A stretch of 64,000 bases of DNA from an uncultured Candidatus Saccharibacteria bacterium (GCA_964361705.1 CAYIBP010000003.1:5606-69605); one strand, 5' to 3'; counted from the first letter of the stretch, positions 37,712 to 50,052 are shown. Numbers and translations are program-made. The notes: generated by a model not told the origin, from the letters alone.

Positions 37712-38644
37712 TTATACCAAATTTGCTTCGACCGGGCTAATCTTACGTCCGTGACGAGATAGCACGCAACCACCAGCACAAAATGCTTTGCCATCATTTC
37801 TTTCCAAACATTTCTCGCAGTTTATAAAATGCCTGTGGCAAACTGGATTTGAACAATTTACATAATTCTCAGAAGTATTTCCACAACTATCACATCGTCC
37901 AACAACTTCGTGTTTCTCATCATTAGTATAAAAACCCATCGCCACTCTGCCATCAAAAACATATAGCTTGCCTTTGAAATCTTCATTTGGATATTTTTCC
38001 ATATAGCTCACTATCCCGCCGTCGAGCTGATACACATCTGTAAAGCCTTGCGAAATCAAAAAACCAGATGCTTTTTCACAGCGTACCCCGCCAGTGCAGA
38101 CAGTGAGCACTGTTTTATTTTTCAGATGTGTGATTTGTTCTACAACTCTCGGCAAATCTCTAAAGTTCTCTATTGAAGGTAAAATAGAACCAGCAAAATG
38201 TCCGACTTTATGTTCGTAAGCATTTCGCATATCTACTATATAAAACTCTTTTTTATCTTTTATCCATTCATGCAATTCTTCTGGTTTTAGATGTATGCCC
38301 GTGATCTGATTTGGATCGATATCGCACACTCCATCATCAGCTAAATGGAGAGACACTATTTCTTTACGCACTTTTATGGAAAGTTTTGGAAAAGCATTTC
38401 CCGTGCCAGAACTTAGTTTGAAATGAATATTTAAAAACATAGAATCTTTTTCAAGTTCTTTTATGTATTTTTGGATATTTTCTTTCGTGCCTTCATATGT
38501 GGCATTTATGCCCTCAAAGGCGATGATACACCTGCCTTTCAAGCCCAGGCCTTCGCAAACTGCGCGTTCTTTTTCAGCTGTTTTTTCAGGGTCTTCTATA
38601 TGAATATATTTGTAGAAAAGGATTATTTGAAAATTCTCTTGCAT
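37712..38644 (-). CDS. trhO: rhodanese-domain tRNA uridine(34) hydroxylase (UPF0176)
   Basis: LFYKY, EGINAT, RNAYE..GHF, CTGGVRCEKAS, GKLYVFDGR; start at ATG 38644. Confidence 0.88.
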   Translation of the reverse strand: MQENFQIILFYKYIHIEDPEKTAEKERAVCEGLGLKGRCIIAFEGINATYEGTKENIQKYIKELEKDSMFLNIHFKLSSGTGNAFPKLSIKVRKEIVSLHLADDGVCDIDPNQITGIHLKPEELHEWIKDKKEFYIVDMRNAYEHKVGHFAGSILPSIENFRDLPRVVEQITHLKNKTVLTVCTGGVRCEKASGFLISQGFTDVYQLDGGIVSYMEKYPNEDFKGKLYVFDGRVAMGFYTNDEKHEVVGRCDSCGNTSENYVNCSNPVCHRHFINCEKCLERNDGKAFCAGGCVLSRHGRKISPVEANLV

Positions 38645-38649
38645 AATTT

Positions 38650-41634
38650 TTATACTAAATAAATCTTGCTCATTTTGCAATATTTACAGGAAGCATTTTG
38701 TTTGCCATATGATTTGAAATGACAAGGTCTCTCGTTCCACTCGCCTGTCTTAATCAGGCGATCATAATCGGTGATATCTCTCCGAAGCAGATCAATCTTT
38801 TCTTCATCTACAAATATCTCATAAAAATATTCTTTTGGATCGGTGGCTTCCAGAAATTCCAACCGAGACATAGCAACATCTTTTTTCCATTTCCCTTCTT
38901 TACCCAAGAGATATGAATACATAGCCAGTTGGCGCATATAATCGCTCATTCTGCCTTCCTCATCTGTCTTTTCTATATCGCTCTTTTTTCTTGGATTACC
39001 AGTTTTGAAATCCGTAACTTCGGCTCTATTTTCTTTGTGCATTTCCACAAGGTCTATCTTGCCGTAAATCTTGAGATGGGAAAATCTTTTATCGGAAATA
39101 GATACATCAAGCTCGCTCTCTCGCTGTTTGGAAATATTTGGTAATCTTTCTTTTGCCCATCTTGATACTATATCTGTGACATTTTTTATCATTACCTCTT
39201 TTTGTTTTTCTTCAAAAATATTTATACTTTGCGCTTTTCTTTCTACTATGATTTTCACTTCTTTCTCACTCACAGACATATTCATATCAATCAATTCAGA
39301 TATAACACCATGTACTAGACTTCCGAATTCCAGACTCTCTGTTTTTGGCTCGGGTAATTCTAGCAAATTCCTAAAATACCATTTCCAAGGACATTCAAAG
39401 AAATTATTTAAAAGTGAAACTGAAACTCTTTTATCTTCATATTCATCTTCTATTATTTTATTCAAATCTTTCAGGTTCACATTCTCACCTCCAATCTCTT
39501 TTTTCTGTATAAAAGCCTTTGGATCTGATGCTAAAATATTCTTTTCCGTTTCGATAGCATTTTGTTTTTCTAGATCAGACAAAAGAGAAACGACTATATT
39601 TGCAAGTTCCAGCTCTCCTCCTGTATAAGAGAACAGTGAATAAGACAGCGTGCAAAATCTCTTTGCGCGAGTGATAGCGACATATAATTTTCTCTTTTTT
39701 TCATCTTCATCTTTTTCTCTATCTTTTACATCTAATTCTTGTGGCAAGGCAAAGCCTGAACGACCAGACCCAGATACGGATTTCTCATCTAGATGCGCGA
39801 TCCATACAAAATCAAACTCTAAACCTTTAGCCCCATGAAAAGTCAGCACGCGCACTCCTTCATTTTTACCAAACACCGACATGGAGATATGTTCACCATA
39901 GGATTCAAGTCTTCTAATAAAAGAAATAAACTCTTTTAAAGTGAGCTTTTTATTTTTTTCCATTTCAAACAGAGCTAGATGCAAAAATGTGCGCATTATT
40001 TCTATCCGAGAAATCATCTTCTCATGATCTTTTGCATTCTCCAAAAGCAAATCAGAACCTATGTATTGCAGAAAAGAATAAACATTCTGTTTTGTAGATA
40101 CTTCTATGAAACTTTTAATCTTTTTTATCCAAGACTCCACCGGATCAGATTCTTCAAATAATGTCTGACCAGAAGACCTATCGTCAAATATAGAGAAATC
40201 GCGCATTTTGTTTTTTCTCAAGAATTTATGAGCAGAAATAGGTGGTACCAAAGAAAGAGGATTGAAAAAAGTAGTTGAAACCAAAGCCGAATCATGCGAA
40301 TCCGATATTGCTTCCAATATTTCCAAAAATGCTTGGGCTTCTTGTGAATCAAAAATATTCATTTTTTCTCCTGACGCCACAGATAGACCCAAATCCCGCA
40401 GAAGCATCATCGCATTTCTGGCTTGTCTGTTGTTTGGCACCAATACTGCTATCTCTTCTGGTCTTATTCCCTCTTTTATCTTTTTCTTTATTTCAATTGA
40501 AGCCGATAATATTTCATCTCTCTCGTATTCAGCCTCGATTAGTTTTATTGGGTGATTCTCTTTGTGATTACTTTTGATTTTTTCATCAGTCAATGAACTT
40601 TGCAAGAGAGAATGAGCAAGATTTAAAATATTTTCAGTTGAACGATAATTCTCTATCAGATTTATCAGTTTAGCTTGACCAAAGAGATGTTTGAAATTAT
40701 CAAAATACTCGAGCTTTGCTCCAGAGAATCCATAAATAAGCTGTCTGTCATCTCCCACCACAAAAATATTCGGCTTCTCGACTTGTAACCTACCCCATAC
40801 TGCTTCCAAAAATTCATTTTGTACCAGAGAAGAGTCTTGATGTTCGTCTACAAGTATATATTGATACTGTTCTCTGATATCAGAGGCTGCTCCTTCTGAT
40901 ACCTCCACAATCTTCACCAAACCTTCTAGAAAATCATCATAGTCAAAAAGATTTTTTTCTTTTTTCTTTTTTTCATAAAGACTGAAAAACTTTACTGCTT
41001 CAAGGGTGCGCGACAAGGATTCTATCTTGCGCAAAGCGTCTTTCTTCATCTCACCTTTCGTGCTGCCACGACTTGAAATATTGTCTGGGTCTTTTTTTAT
41101 TTTTTCTATTTCTTGCAAGATTGATTGTTCAAAAATTTCTGGACTCTGACGCTCTCTTTTCAATATAGAAATCAGGCTTTTCAAATCTCTGAAATATCTC
41201 GCTGTATCAGAGCGAGGTTTAATATAATCCCATTCGTTTTCTTCCAAGATACTATCGCACAGAGTCACAGAATCTCTGTCGTCTATTATTTTTGGCGGAG
41301 ACGACACAGAAAGCGCGTCAAAATACTTTTCCACTATCTCTACGGCAAAACTGTGAAAAGTAGAAACCCGCACATTTACATATTCCGCGCCGATGTATTT
41401 TGCCAGTCTTTCTCGCATCGCTTTTACTCCGGATTTGGTAAAAGTCAGGCATAAAACACTATCCGCTTTTGTGTCGGTTTTTGTAAGTATGTTTGCTATA
41501 CGTAAAGCTAAAATCTGCGTTTTACCCGTGCCTGGACCTGCTACTACCATCACAGGACCCTCTGTAGTGTCTACTGCTTCCTTTTGGGCTTTATTTAGCT
41601 TTCCATATTCTTCTTGAAAAATCTTTACAGACAT
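38650..41634 (-). CDS. UvrD/PcrA-type helicase fused to a PD-(D/E)XK nuclease
   Basis: AGPGTGKT, VDEHQD, VGDDRQ, NYRS, YVAITRAK; C-terminal GKIDLV..DFKTG..QLAMY with Cys ligands. Confidence 0.92.
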   Translation of the reverse strand: MSVKIFQEEYGKLNKAQKEAVDTTEGPVMVVAGPGTGKTQILALRIANILTKTDTKADSVLCLTFTKSGVKAMRERLAKYIGAEYVNVRVSTFHSFAVEIVEKYFDALSVSSPPKIIDDRDSVTLCDSILEENEWDYIKPRSDTARYFRDLKSLISILKRERQSPEIFEQSILQEIEKIKKDPDNISSRGSTKGEMKKDALRKIESLSRTLEAVKFFSLYEKKKKEKNLFDYDDFLEGLVKIVEVSEGAASDIREQYQYILVDEHQDSSLVQNEFLEAVWGRLQVEKPNIFVVGDDRQLIYGFSGAKLEYFDNFKHLFGQAKLINLIENYRSTENILNLAHSLLQSSLTDEKIKSNHKENHPIKLIEAEYERDEILSASIEIKKKIKEGIRPEEIAVLVPNNRQARNAMMLLRDLGLSVASGEKMNIFDSQEAQAFLEILEAISDSHDSALVSTTFFNPLSLVPPISAHKFLRKNKMRDFSIFDDRSSGQTLFEESDPVESWIKKIKSFIEVSTKQNVYSFLQYIGSDLLLENAKDHEKMISRIEIMRTFLHLALFEMEKNKKLTLKEFISFIRRLESYGEHISMSVFGKNEGVRVLTFHGAKGLEFDFVWIAHLDEKSVSGSGRSGFALPQELDVKDREKDEDEKKRKLYVAITRAKRFCTLSYSLFSYTGGELELANIVVSLLSDLEKQNAIETEKNILASDPKAFIQKKEIGGENVNLKDLNKIIEDEYEDKRVSVSLLNNFFECPWKWYFRNLLELPEPKTESLEFGSLVHGVISELIDMNMSVSEKEVKIIVERKAQSINIFEEKQKEVMIKNVTDIVSRWAKERLPNISKQRESELDVSISDKRFSHLKIYGKIDLVEMHKENRAEVTDFKTGNPRKKSDIEKTDEEGRMSDYMRQLAMYSYLLGKEGKWKKDVAMSRLEFLEATDPKEYFYEIFVDEEKIDLLRRDITDYDRLIKTGEWNERPCHFKSYGKQNASCKYCKMSKIYLV

Positions 41635-42389
41635 TATATGTATATTCTAGTCCTCTTTATTTTAAAAGCGAGGGCAGGCAAATTAATATTTTTCCCCAAA
41701 TCGTTTGCGATACTACGAACATAAGTGCCACTGCTACATCTAATCTTAAAATTCGCAATAAAATACTTATCCTTGTTTTTGCTCAATTCTTTATTCCAGA
41801 TATTTAAAATCTCTTTCTGTCTAAAATCACCTTTCACTTTCTTGATTCTCCTTTCAATATTTTCCAGTAGCTTTTTCGTACCGACACTTTTCAAACCCAA
41901 AAATTTCAAACTTTTCACTTTTACTTTATTTTCCGGCAACATCACACTCACCCCCTCTCTACCGTATTCAAAGAGAGGTTTACCCTTCACTGTCTTTGAA
42001 GAAAAAATAGGATATTTTTGAATTATATCGCCTATGAAAAATCTTAGATTCTTTAATATTTCCTTTTTTAGGCCTATCGTTAGGCCTTGCCTAACGATAT
42101 TTTCTTTTTTTAGAATTTTCCCCAATATATCAAAAGTGTCTGTCGCAAAGCCAAACAAAACTTCAAACTCGTATTCTTTATCAAGTTTCAGATACTTTTC
42201 TTTATTCTTTACTTCATCCCCTGCGAGAATAAGCAATACACCGGAGGCCATAGGGTCCAACCTGCCAGCGTAAGTCATCAGCAGATCTTTGTATTCTTTA
42301 TGTTTTGCCCGAAAATGTTCAAGAGCTTGAAGAGGAGTCTCACCTTCTTTTTTATTCAGCACTATGACCTTTTTAGCTTTATTCATCAC
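41634..42389 (-). CDS. truB: tRNA pseudouridine synthase, TruB family (no PUA domain)
   Basis: YAGRLDPMASGVL, KEY, CSSGTYVRS; start moved to GTG 42389 / ATG 42386 to avoid overlapping tRNA-Ser. Confidence 0.85.
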   Translation of the reverse strand: MMNKAKKVIVLNKKEGETPLQALEHFRAKHKEYKDLLMTYAGRLDPMASGVLLILAGDEVKNKEKYLKLDKEYEFEVLFGFATDTFDILGKILKKENIVRQGLTIGLKKEILKNLRFFIGDIIQKYPIFSSKTVKGKPLFEYGREGVSVMLPENKVKVKSLKFLGLKSVGTKKLLENIERRIKKVKGDFRQKEILNIWNKELSKNKDKYFIANFKIRCSSGTYVRSIANDLGKNINLPALAFKIKRTRIYI

Positions 42390-42445
42390 CGAATGATTAT
42401 ATACGACTTTCTTTTTTATAGAAATAAGGTAAATTAGATATAGCC

Positions 42446-42532
42446 GGAGGCGTCGCATAGTGGTCTAGTGCACCACCTTGGAAAGGTGGCAGGCTCGAAA
42501 GGGTCTCGTGAGTTCAAATCTCACCGCCTCCG
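42446..42532 (+). tRNA. tRNA-Ser(GGA)
   Basis: GGAGGCG/CGCCTCC+G acceptor, CCACC-TTGGAAA-GGTGG anticodon arm, long variable arm AGGCTC-GAAA-GGGTCT, GTGAG-TTCAAAT-CTCAC T arm; CCA not encoded. Confidence 0.97.
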
Positions 42533-42551
42533 CACGAATTTGAAAGAATTT

Positions 42552-43712
42552 ATGTCCCATAATAATTTAAACTCAAAAAACAAATTGATAAGCGAAAGTC
42601 TAACGGTCCGACTAAACACGCTGGCAAATCAACTCAAATCTGAAGGCAAGAAGATAATAAACCTCACTGCAGGAGAACTCGATTTCCCTACTCCGTCTTA
42701 TATACAACAAGAAGTAAAGAACAAACTGTCTCTGAACAAATACACTCCCACCACAGGGTTTCTGGATTTGCGTCAAGCTTTGGCAAGACAGGTATTCAAA
42801 GAATATAAATGGCAAGTCACACATCAAAATGTGGCAGTAACATCAGGATGCAAACAAGCGCTCTTTGAGAGTTTGTTCGCAATACTCAAAAAGGACGATG
42901 AAGTCATAGTCCCATCACCTGATTGGGTGACATACAGATACCAGATCATTTTAAATGATGCTGTGCCTGTGATCGTGCCACTCGATAAAGATTTCGATCT
43001 GGATGTGGAAAAAATAAAAAAAGCGATCACTAAAAAAACAAAAGCAATAATACTAAATAGTCCCAATAACCCCACCGGCTCTATATATAGTACAAAAAAA
43101 CTTCTGGAATTAAAGAAAATTTTAAAAGAAAAAGATATATATGTAATAGTAGATGACACTTACAGCAAAATCGTGTATGACGCGTCTTATAAATCTCCGG
43201 CGCTTTTTATGCCAGATGAAAGATATCTGATCTTGGTAAACAGTTTTTCTAAAAGCCAAGCACTGACTGGCTGGAGGATAGGATATGTAATAGCCGACAA
43301 AGAAATCATAAATGCAATATCTTCTTATCAGAGCCACACCACAGGCAATGCTCCAATACTGTCGCAGATCGCTGCGCAAAAAATATTGGAAAAAGGAGAC
43401 AAGACTGAAAGATTTGTAAAAGTACTAAAGAAACAAAGAGACCTAGCTGATAAAATATTAAAAAATATATCTGGGATTTCCTACACAGTTCCAAAAGGCG
43501 CTTTTTATTATTTCATAGATGTGTCTAAGATCGAAAAAAACACAGAAAAGTTTTGCGAAGAACTTCTGAAATCGGGATTGGCGTTGGTTCCCGGTGAAGC
43601 TTTTGGTTATCCCGGATTTGTGAGATTGTCATTTTCAACTTCGACAAAAAATCTGATCGAGGGTATTAAAATATTTAAAAAGTTCTGCGAAAACTATAAA
43701 AACCATGATTAA
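42552..43712 (+). CDS. PLP-dependent class I/II aminotransferase (aspartate aminotransferase-like)
   Basis: GELDFPTP, NSPNNPTG, DDTY, SFSKSQALTGWRIG; true start ATG 42552. Confidence 0.9.
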   Translation: MSHNNLNSKNKLISESLTVRLNTLANQLKSEGKKIINLTAGELDFPTPSYIQQEVKNKLSLNKYTPTTGFLDLRQALARQVFKEYKWQVTHQNVAVTSGCKQALFESLFAILKKDDEVIVPSPDWVTYRYQIILNDAVPVIVPLDKDFDLDVEKIKKAITKKTKAIILNSPNNPTGSIYSTKKLLELKKILKEKDIYVIVDDTYSKIVYDASYKSPALFMPDERYLILVNSFSKSQALTGWRIGYVIADKEIINAISSYQSHTTGNAPILSQIAAQKILEKGDKTERFVKVLKKQRDLADKILKNISGISYTVPKGAFYYFIDVSKIEKNTEKFCEELLKSGLALVPGEAFGYPGFVRLSFSTSTKNLIEGIKIFKKFCENYKNHD

Positions 43713-45207
43713 AATTCCAAGAACAATGGCAACACAGCATCCTGATAATGCCAAAGCTCCGTATTGGGAACAAGATGGCGACACTTTTGTGAGCGCAAAA
43801 GAAGAACCAGCAGAATGCGTAGATGCATTTCAAAATCTAAATGTAGAAGAATTTATGTGGGACTGGGAAGGCAAATTTGCAGAAGAAGCGGTGATAGACA
43901 GGTTGTTTCATAAATATTTTGATTACTTCAAAGAAAACCAGCTTGGACTAAAGAAAAGACTCACTTTTCGCATACCAAACATTTGGCAGGAAAAAGGCTA
44001 CAGTCTGATCCGCGCATTGATGGTAATATTGACCAGTGAAGATTTTGCGCGAGATTTGAAATTTCATTCACCTCCCTTGTTTGAAGTCATTTTGCCGATG
44101 ACAGAGAATGCAAAACAACTTATCTTTATTCAGAAATCATTCCAAGAATTGGCAAAGATAAAATCAAAGATATTCAACCAGTCTGAAAAAAATGCTCAAT
44201 ATATAAATATAATTCCCCTTTTTGAAGATGTACACACGCAAATAAATGCAAAGAGAATTCTGATAGAGTACATAAAACTCCATAAAAGAACTTTTGGCTT
44301 CAAGCCAAAATATTTGCGCGTATTTATAGCTCGCAGTGACCCAGCCATGTCTTCAGGCATGGTATCCACAGTGCTTGCCAACAAGATAATCCTCTCTGAT
44401 CTTTGCGAATTAGAAAAAGAATCCGGCATACCCATATACCCTATCTTGGGCGCAGGCTCTCTGCCTTTTCGCGGAGGACTTTCACCTTTGACCATGAAAG
44501 AATTTGATGAAGAGTACAGAGGAATACATACCATAACAATCCAATCAGCTTTCAGATACGACTACAAACTCTCTTCAGTCAAAAAAGCCATAAAATATTA
44601 CAATCAGCAAACTATCCGCAAGCCAGAAATCATTTCTAGCGAAGAGCGAAGCAAGTTACTGAGAATAATAAACTTGTTTGAAAAAGAATATAAGGCGAAT
44701 CTAAAAAAGATCTTGCCTGATGTTTCTTTTGTATTCAATTCTTTCCCAAGAAGAAGGGAGAGGCACCTGCATATAGGGCTCCTCTCTTATGGTAGGAAAA
44801 TACATGGTGTAAATATGCCACGCGCTATCACATTTACCGGATCTTTTTATTCATTGGGTATTCCGCCAGAGTTTTTAGACGTAGGAGCTATTTTATCACT
44901 CACAGACAAGGAAGTAGCCTTGGTAAATAAATTTTATAAAAATACCAAAGGTGCCCTTTCGCATGCTGGACGATTTTTAAATCGAAACAATCTGCGCAAA
45001 CTAGGTAAAAAATCAAAAAGTTGGGCAAAAATTGAAAAAGATATAGAACAAACCGAGAATTTTCTAAAGATTAAATTCAAAACTCAAAGTAAAGACGACA
45101 TAGCTCACCTTAAACTCACAGGCATGCTTCTGAAATCAAAGAAAAATCCGAAAAAGATAAAGCAAATCATAAATAAAACCGGAATCCTGAGAAAAAGTCT
45201 AGGATAA
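43705..45207 (+). CDS. ppcA: archaeal-type phosphoenolpyruvate carboxylase
   Basis: KIPRTMATQHPDNA, MWDWEGK, IIPLFED, FIARSDPA, GAGSLPFRGG, TIQSAFRYD, PRAITF; about 500 aa. Confidence 0.93.
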   Translation: MIKIPRTMATQHPDNAKAPYWEQDGDTFVSAKEEPAECVDAFQNLNVEEFMWDWEGKFAEEAVIDRLFHKYFDYFKENQLGLKKRLTFRIPNIWQEKGYSLIRALMVILTSEDFARDLKFHSPPLFEVILPMTENAKQLIFIQKSFQELAKIKSKIFNQSEKNAQYINIIPLFEDVHTQINAKRILIEYIKLHKRTFGFKPKYLRVFIARSDPAMSSGMVSTVLANKIILSDLCELEKESGIPIYPILGAGSLPFRGGLSPLTMKEFDEEYRGIHTITIQSAFRYDYKLSSVKKAIKYYNQQTIRKPEIISSEERSKLLRIINLFEKEYKANLKKILPDVSFVFNSFPRRRERHLHIGLLSYGRKIHGVNMPRAITFTGSFYSLGIPPEFLDVGAILSLTDKEVALVNKFYKNTKGALSHAGRFLNRNNLRKLGKKSKSWAKIEKDIEQTENFLKIKFKTQSKDDIAHLKLTGMLLKSKKNPKKIKQIINKTGILRKSLG

Positions 45208-45236
45208 AATAGATATTTCCCATCCAAAAATACAAA

Positions 45237-45276
45237 AGCCCCATATAGATACAATATCTATACAGGGGAGATTTTT
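45237..45276. terminator. hairpin between the convergent ppcA and hypothetical gene
   Basis: CCCC..TATAGATA-caa-TATCTATA..GGGG flanked by A and T runs. Confidence 0.5.
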
Positions 45277-45310
45277 ACGATAATCTCAAAAACGTAAAAT
45301 GAAAACTTGC

Positions 45311-46060
45311 TCAGCTTGCGACGGGCTCTGCAGCAATCTCTTCGGGCCTGCAAGCAACAATTGCCACGAATAACTTCTTCGTTGGCGAAGAAAGTGGTAA
45401 AATTTCGCTTGTGATTTTGCCCAAATGAGAGCGTAGCAATGTAAAATTGCTAGCTCCAGTATCTGTCCCAAAAAATGCCAGAGGAGACCCATTCAGAGCC
45501 TCCTTAAAATCATTGACATCAAAAGACGCGATATTTCGAGCCGTAGTTGCTCCAGCAAGGCAAAATCCTAAACCGCGCCTGCGAAAAGATTTGGCAATTT
45601 CACCTGCCGTTCTCCCTTCGCCACTGACAGCCACAACCGCAAGTTTTTCGTCGTCCAGAAGAAAAGCCGGATTTTCCCTGAAGAGCTTCAGGGCATTGAG
45701 AGCTTGCGCGTAATCGTCTTTGATTTCGGCCTCAGCCAAAATCGACGCGGCCTGCGTCCCCGTGACGGCTTGAAGGTTGAGAGGTTGCCTAGCGCGCGGA
45801 TCAAAAGCGGTCCTAGTGCCAATAGGAACCGGCGAAAGTTCTTCGTCCGGCAACTTTGTTGACGAAAATTCTTCTTGTTCTTGAGATAACAATCCGTGGA
45901 TAAAAGCCTCGAACTTTGCCTTGAACGCATAAGGACTGCTGATAATCCAATCGTTCAGGGTTTCGAATTCTTCCTCCGAGAGTTCCATCATCTTAAGCCT
46001 CTCAGCGAAGCTTCTAATAATATCTCTTCTGAGATCCCAAATGATCAGTTTTTTTAGCAT
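45311..46060 (-). CDS. hypothetical protein, 249 aa, GC-richer than neighbours
   Basis: Open frame; AAGGAG Shine-Dalgarno 8 nt before ATG 46060; no recognisable motif. Confidence 0.65.
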   Translation of the reverse strand: MLKKLIIWDLRRDIIRSFAERLKMMELSEEEFETLNDWIISSPYAFKAKFEAFIHGLLSQEQEEFSSTKLPDEELSPVPIGTRTAFDPRARQPLNLQAVTGTQAASILAEAEIKDDYAQALNALKLFRENPAFLLDDEKLAVVAVSGEGRTAGEIAKSFRRRGLGFCLAGATTARNIASFDVNDFKEALNGSPLAFFGTDTGASNFTLLRSHLGKITSEILPLSSPTKKLFVAIVACRPEEIAAEPVAS

Positions 46061-46207
46061 GGCTCTTTTCTCCTTAGAGTTTAGCCATTTTACTAACACT
46101 ACGCGGGATTGGGTGCGTAGTCATAGCTCCAAAAACCCAATATTTATTGGGTACTTAAAGCTATGACTACTTGAGCAAGTAATTTTTAAAGAGCTTTATA
46201 CTTTTAT

Positions 46208-46237
46208 ATTATAGCATACTGGACACCTATGTGTCAA
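46208..46237 (-). promoter_or_regulatory. sigma70 promoter for the 249-aa gene
   Basis: TTGACA, 18-nt spacer, TG-C-TATAAT. Confidence 0.65.
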
Positions 46238-46250
46238 ACAGACCTGACAT

Positions 46251-46274
46251 GATGTCAAAGAGACTCTTTGACAT

Positions 46275-46275
<1 letters not shown>
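46251..46275 (-). terminator. hairpin immediately after the ligA stop
   Basis: GATGTCAAAGA-gac-TCTTTGACATC perfect inverted repeat. Confidence 0.5.
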
Positions 46276-48805
<2,530 letters not shown>

Positions 48806-48809
48806 TTTA

Positions 48810-49421
48810 TTATTCTATCCAGTTATATAAATACTCTGTAAGTACGATGCTGTGTGTACCTGACTGTTGACTCCAAGACACCCTTGAATACACTTTTACT
48901 CTATCCACAACTGAAGTATCCGCCCATGTAGTACGAATAAATCCAGAATCAACGCCATTGGCAGGATTCGTGCTGTAATTGCCATTATTAAAATACAAAT
49001 GACAATTGCTTGGATTTTCAGCACACTTAAACACAGAGATCGCATTGGTCTGGTTTACTATCGCAATATTGAAACCACAAAGTCCAGTTTCATTTGAGCT
49101 TGGGGGCTGACTTCCACTGCATTTGGTATTTGAAATACCTGTAAAATTAAACCTAAAATCATTCCAATCTGTTGGATTGCTGGAAAATAGCATATAAGCG
49201 TTTCTTTTGTTCAAGAAGTATTCTATACCTTCTTGAGCCAAATATGTGGCAGTAATTTTTTTCTTTGCGTATTCTATATCAGAAAGTCCATTGCCCAACA
49301 CAGACATCAAAGACACAATGGATAAAGAAAATATCGCAACAGCAACAAGCGTTTCAATCAAAGTAAAACCTTGTTTGGTATTTTTGATATTTATATTTTT
49401 TTGCGTAGAAAAATTATTCAT
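48810..49421 (-). CDS. minor pilin (PilV-like)
   Basis: QG|FTLIETLVA, ATYLAQEGIE. Confidence 0.85.
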   Translation of the reverse strand: MNNFSTQKNINIKNTKQGFTLIETLVAVAIFSLSIVSLMSVLGNGLSDIEYAKKKITATYLAQEGIEYFLNKRNAYMLFSSNPTDWNDFRFNFTGISNTKCSGSQPPSSNETGLCGFNIAIVNQTNAISVFKCAENPSNCHLYFNNGNYSTNPANGVDSGFIRTTWADTSVVDRVKVYSRVSWSQQSGTHSIVLTEYLYNWIE

Positions 49422-49427
49422 GGTTTT

Positions 49428-50039
49428 TTATTGTATATCTACTAACCGTTGTGATATGGTGGTTTGCAAGGCAAAAGGCGTCTTAATATTTTTATAAAAA
49501 ATATCTCCCATGAGTCTGATCCTCACCATGGGTTGCGCATCGTCTCCAGCTTCGGCGCCACTGACTATGAATTTAGATCCACTACCTATCAACACATCGC
49601 TTGTATTTAATGTTGCCCACGTAATTCCTCCATCTGTTGACTTCTCTATGTTAGGAGGAACGATCTTGTATATCCATTGATTACTAGTGTCATCATACAC
49701 AAATTCTTCCGGTTCAAATACAATCTGCGCACTTCCATTCAAACAACTCACAGGATCTTCACTTGCGGCTTCTCCAGCAAGACCACAATGATAGAAGAAT
49801 CCTGTTCTTAAGTTCCTAGACATATCTTCCATTATAAAACTCAAACTATCCATAATAGAACGCATATCTTCCGATTTCCTATGAACTAAATTTGCATTTA
49901 GAAGCGAATCCATGCCCACCATAGTAACCACCAGAAAAATAGAAACGGCAATCATGGTTTCTATAATAGTATATCCGCTAGTTTTTAGTTTCTTTCTTTT
50001 TTCTTTCATATTTTGTTTTTTAAAAAATATTTTCATCAC
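49428..50039 (-). CDS. minor pilin (PilW-like)
   Basis: SG|YTIIETMIA, MSRNLRTG. Confidence 0.82.
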   Translation of the reverse strand: MMKIFFKKQNMKEKRKKLKTSGYTIIETMIAVSIFLVVTMVGMDSLLNANLVHRKSEDMRSIMDSLSFIMEDMSRNLRTGFFYHCGLAGEAASEDPVSCLNGSAQIVFEPEEFVYDDTSNQWIYKIVPPNIEKSTDGGITWATLNTSDVLIGSGSKFIVSGAEAGDDAQPMVRIRLMGDIFYKNIKTPFALQTTISQRLVDIQ

Positions 50040-50052
50040 AATAAAATATAAT

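Noticed and set aside
42468-42551. N-terminal extension of the 414-aa aminotransferase ORF, and of the truB ORF up to 42458
   Set aside because: Both overlap tRNA-Ser(GGA); the real starts are 42552 and 42389/42386
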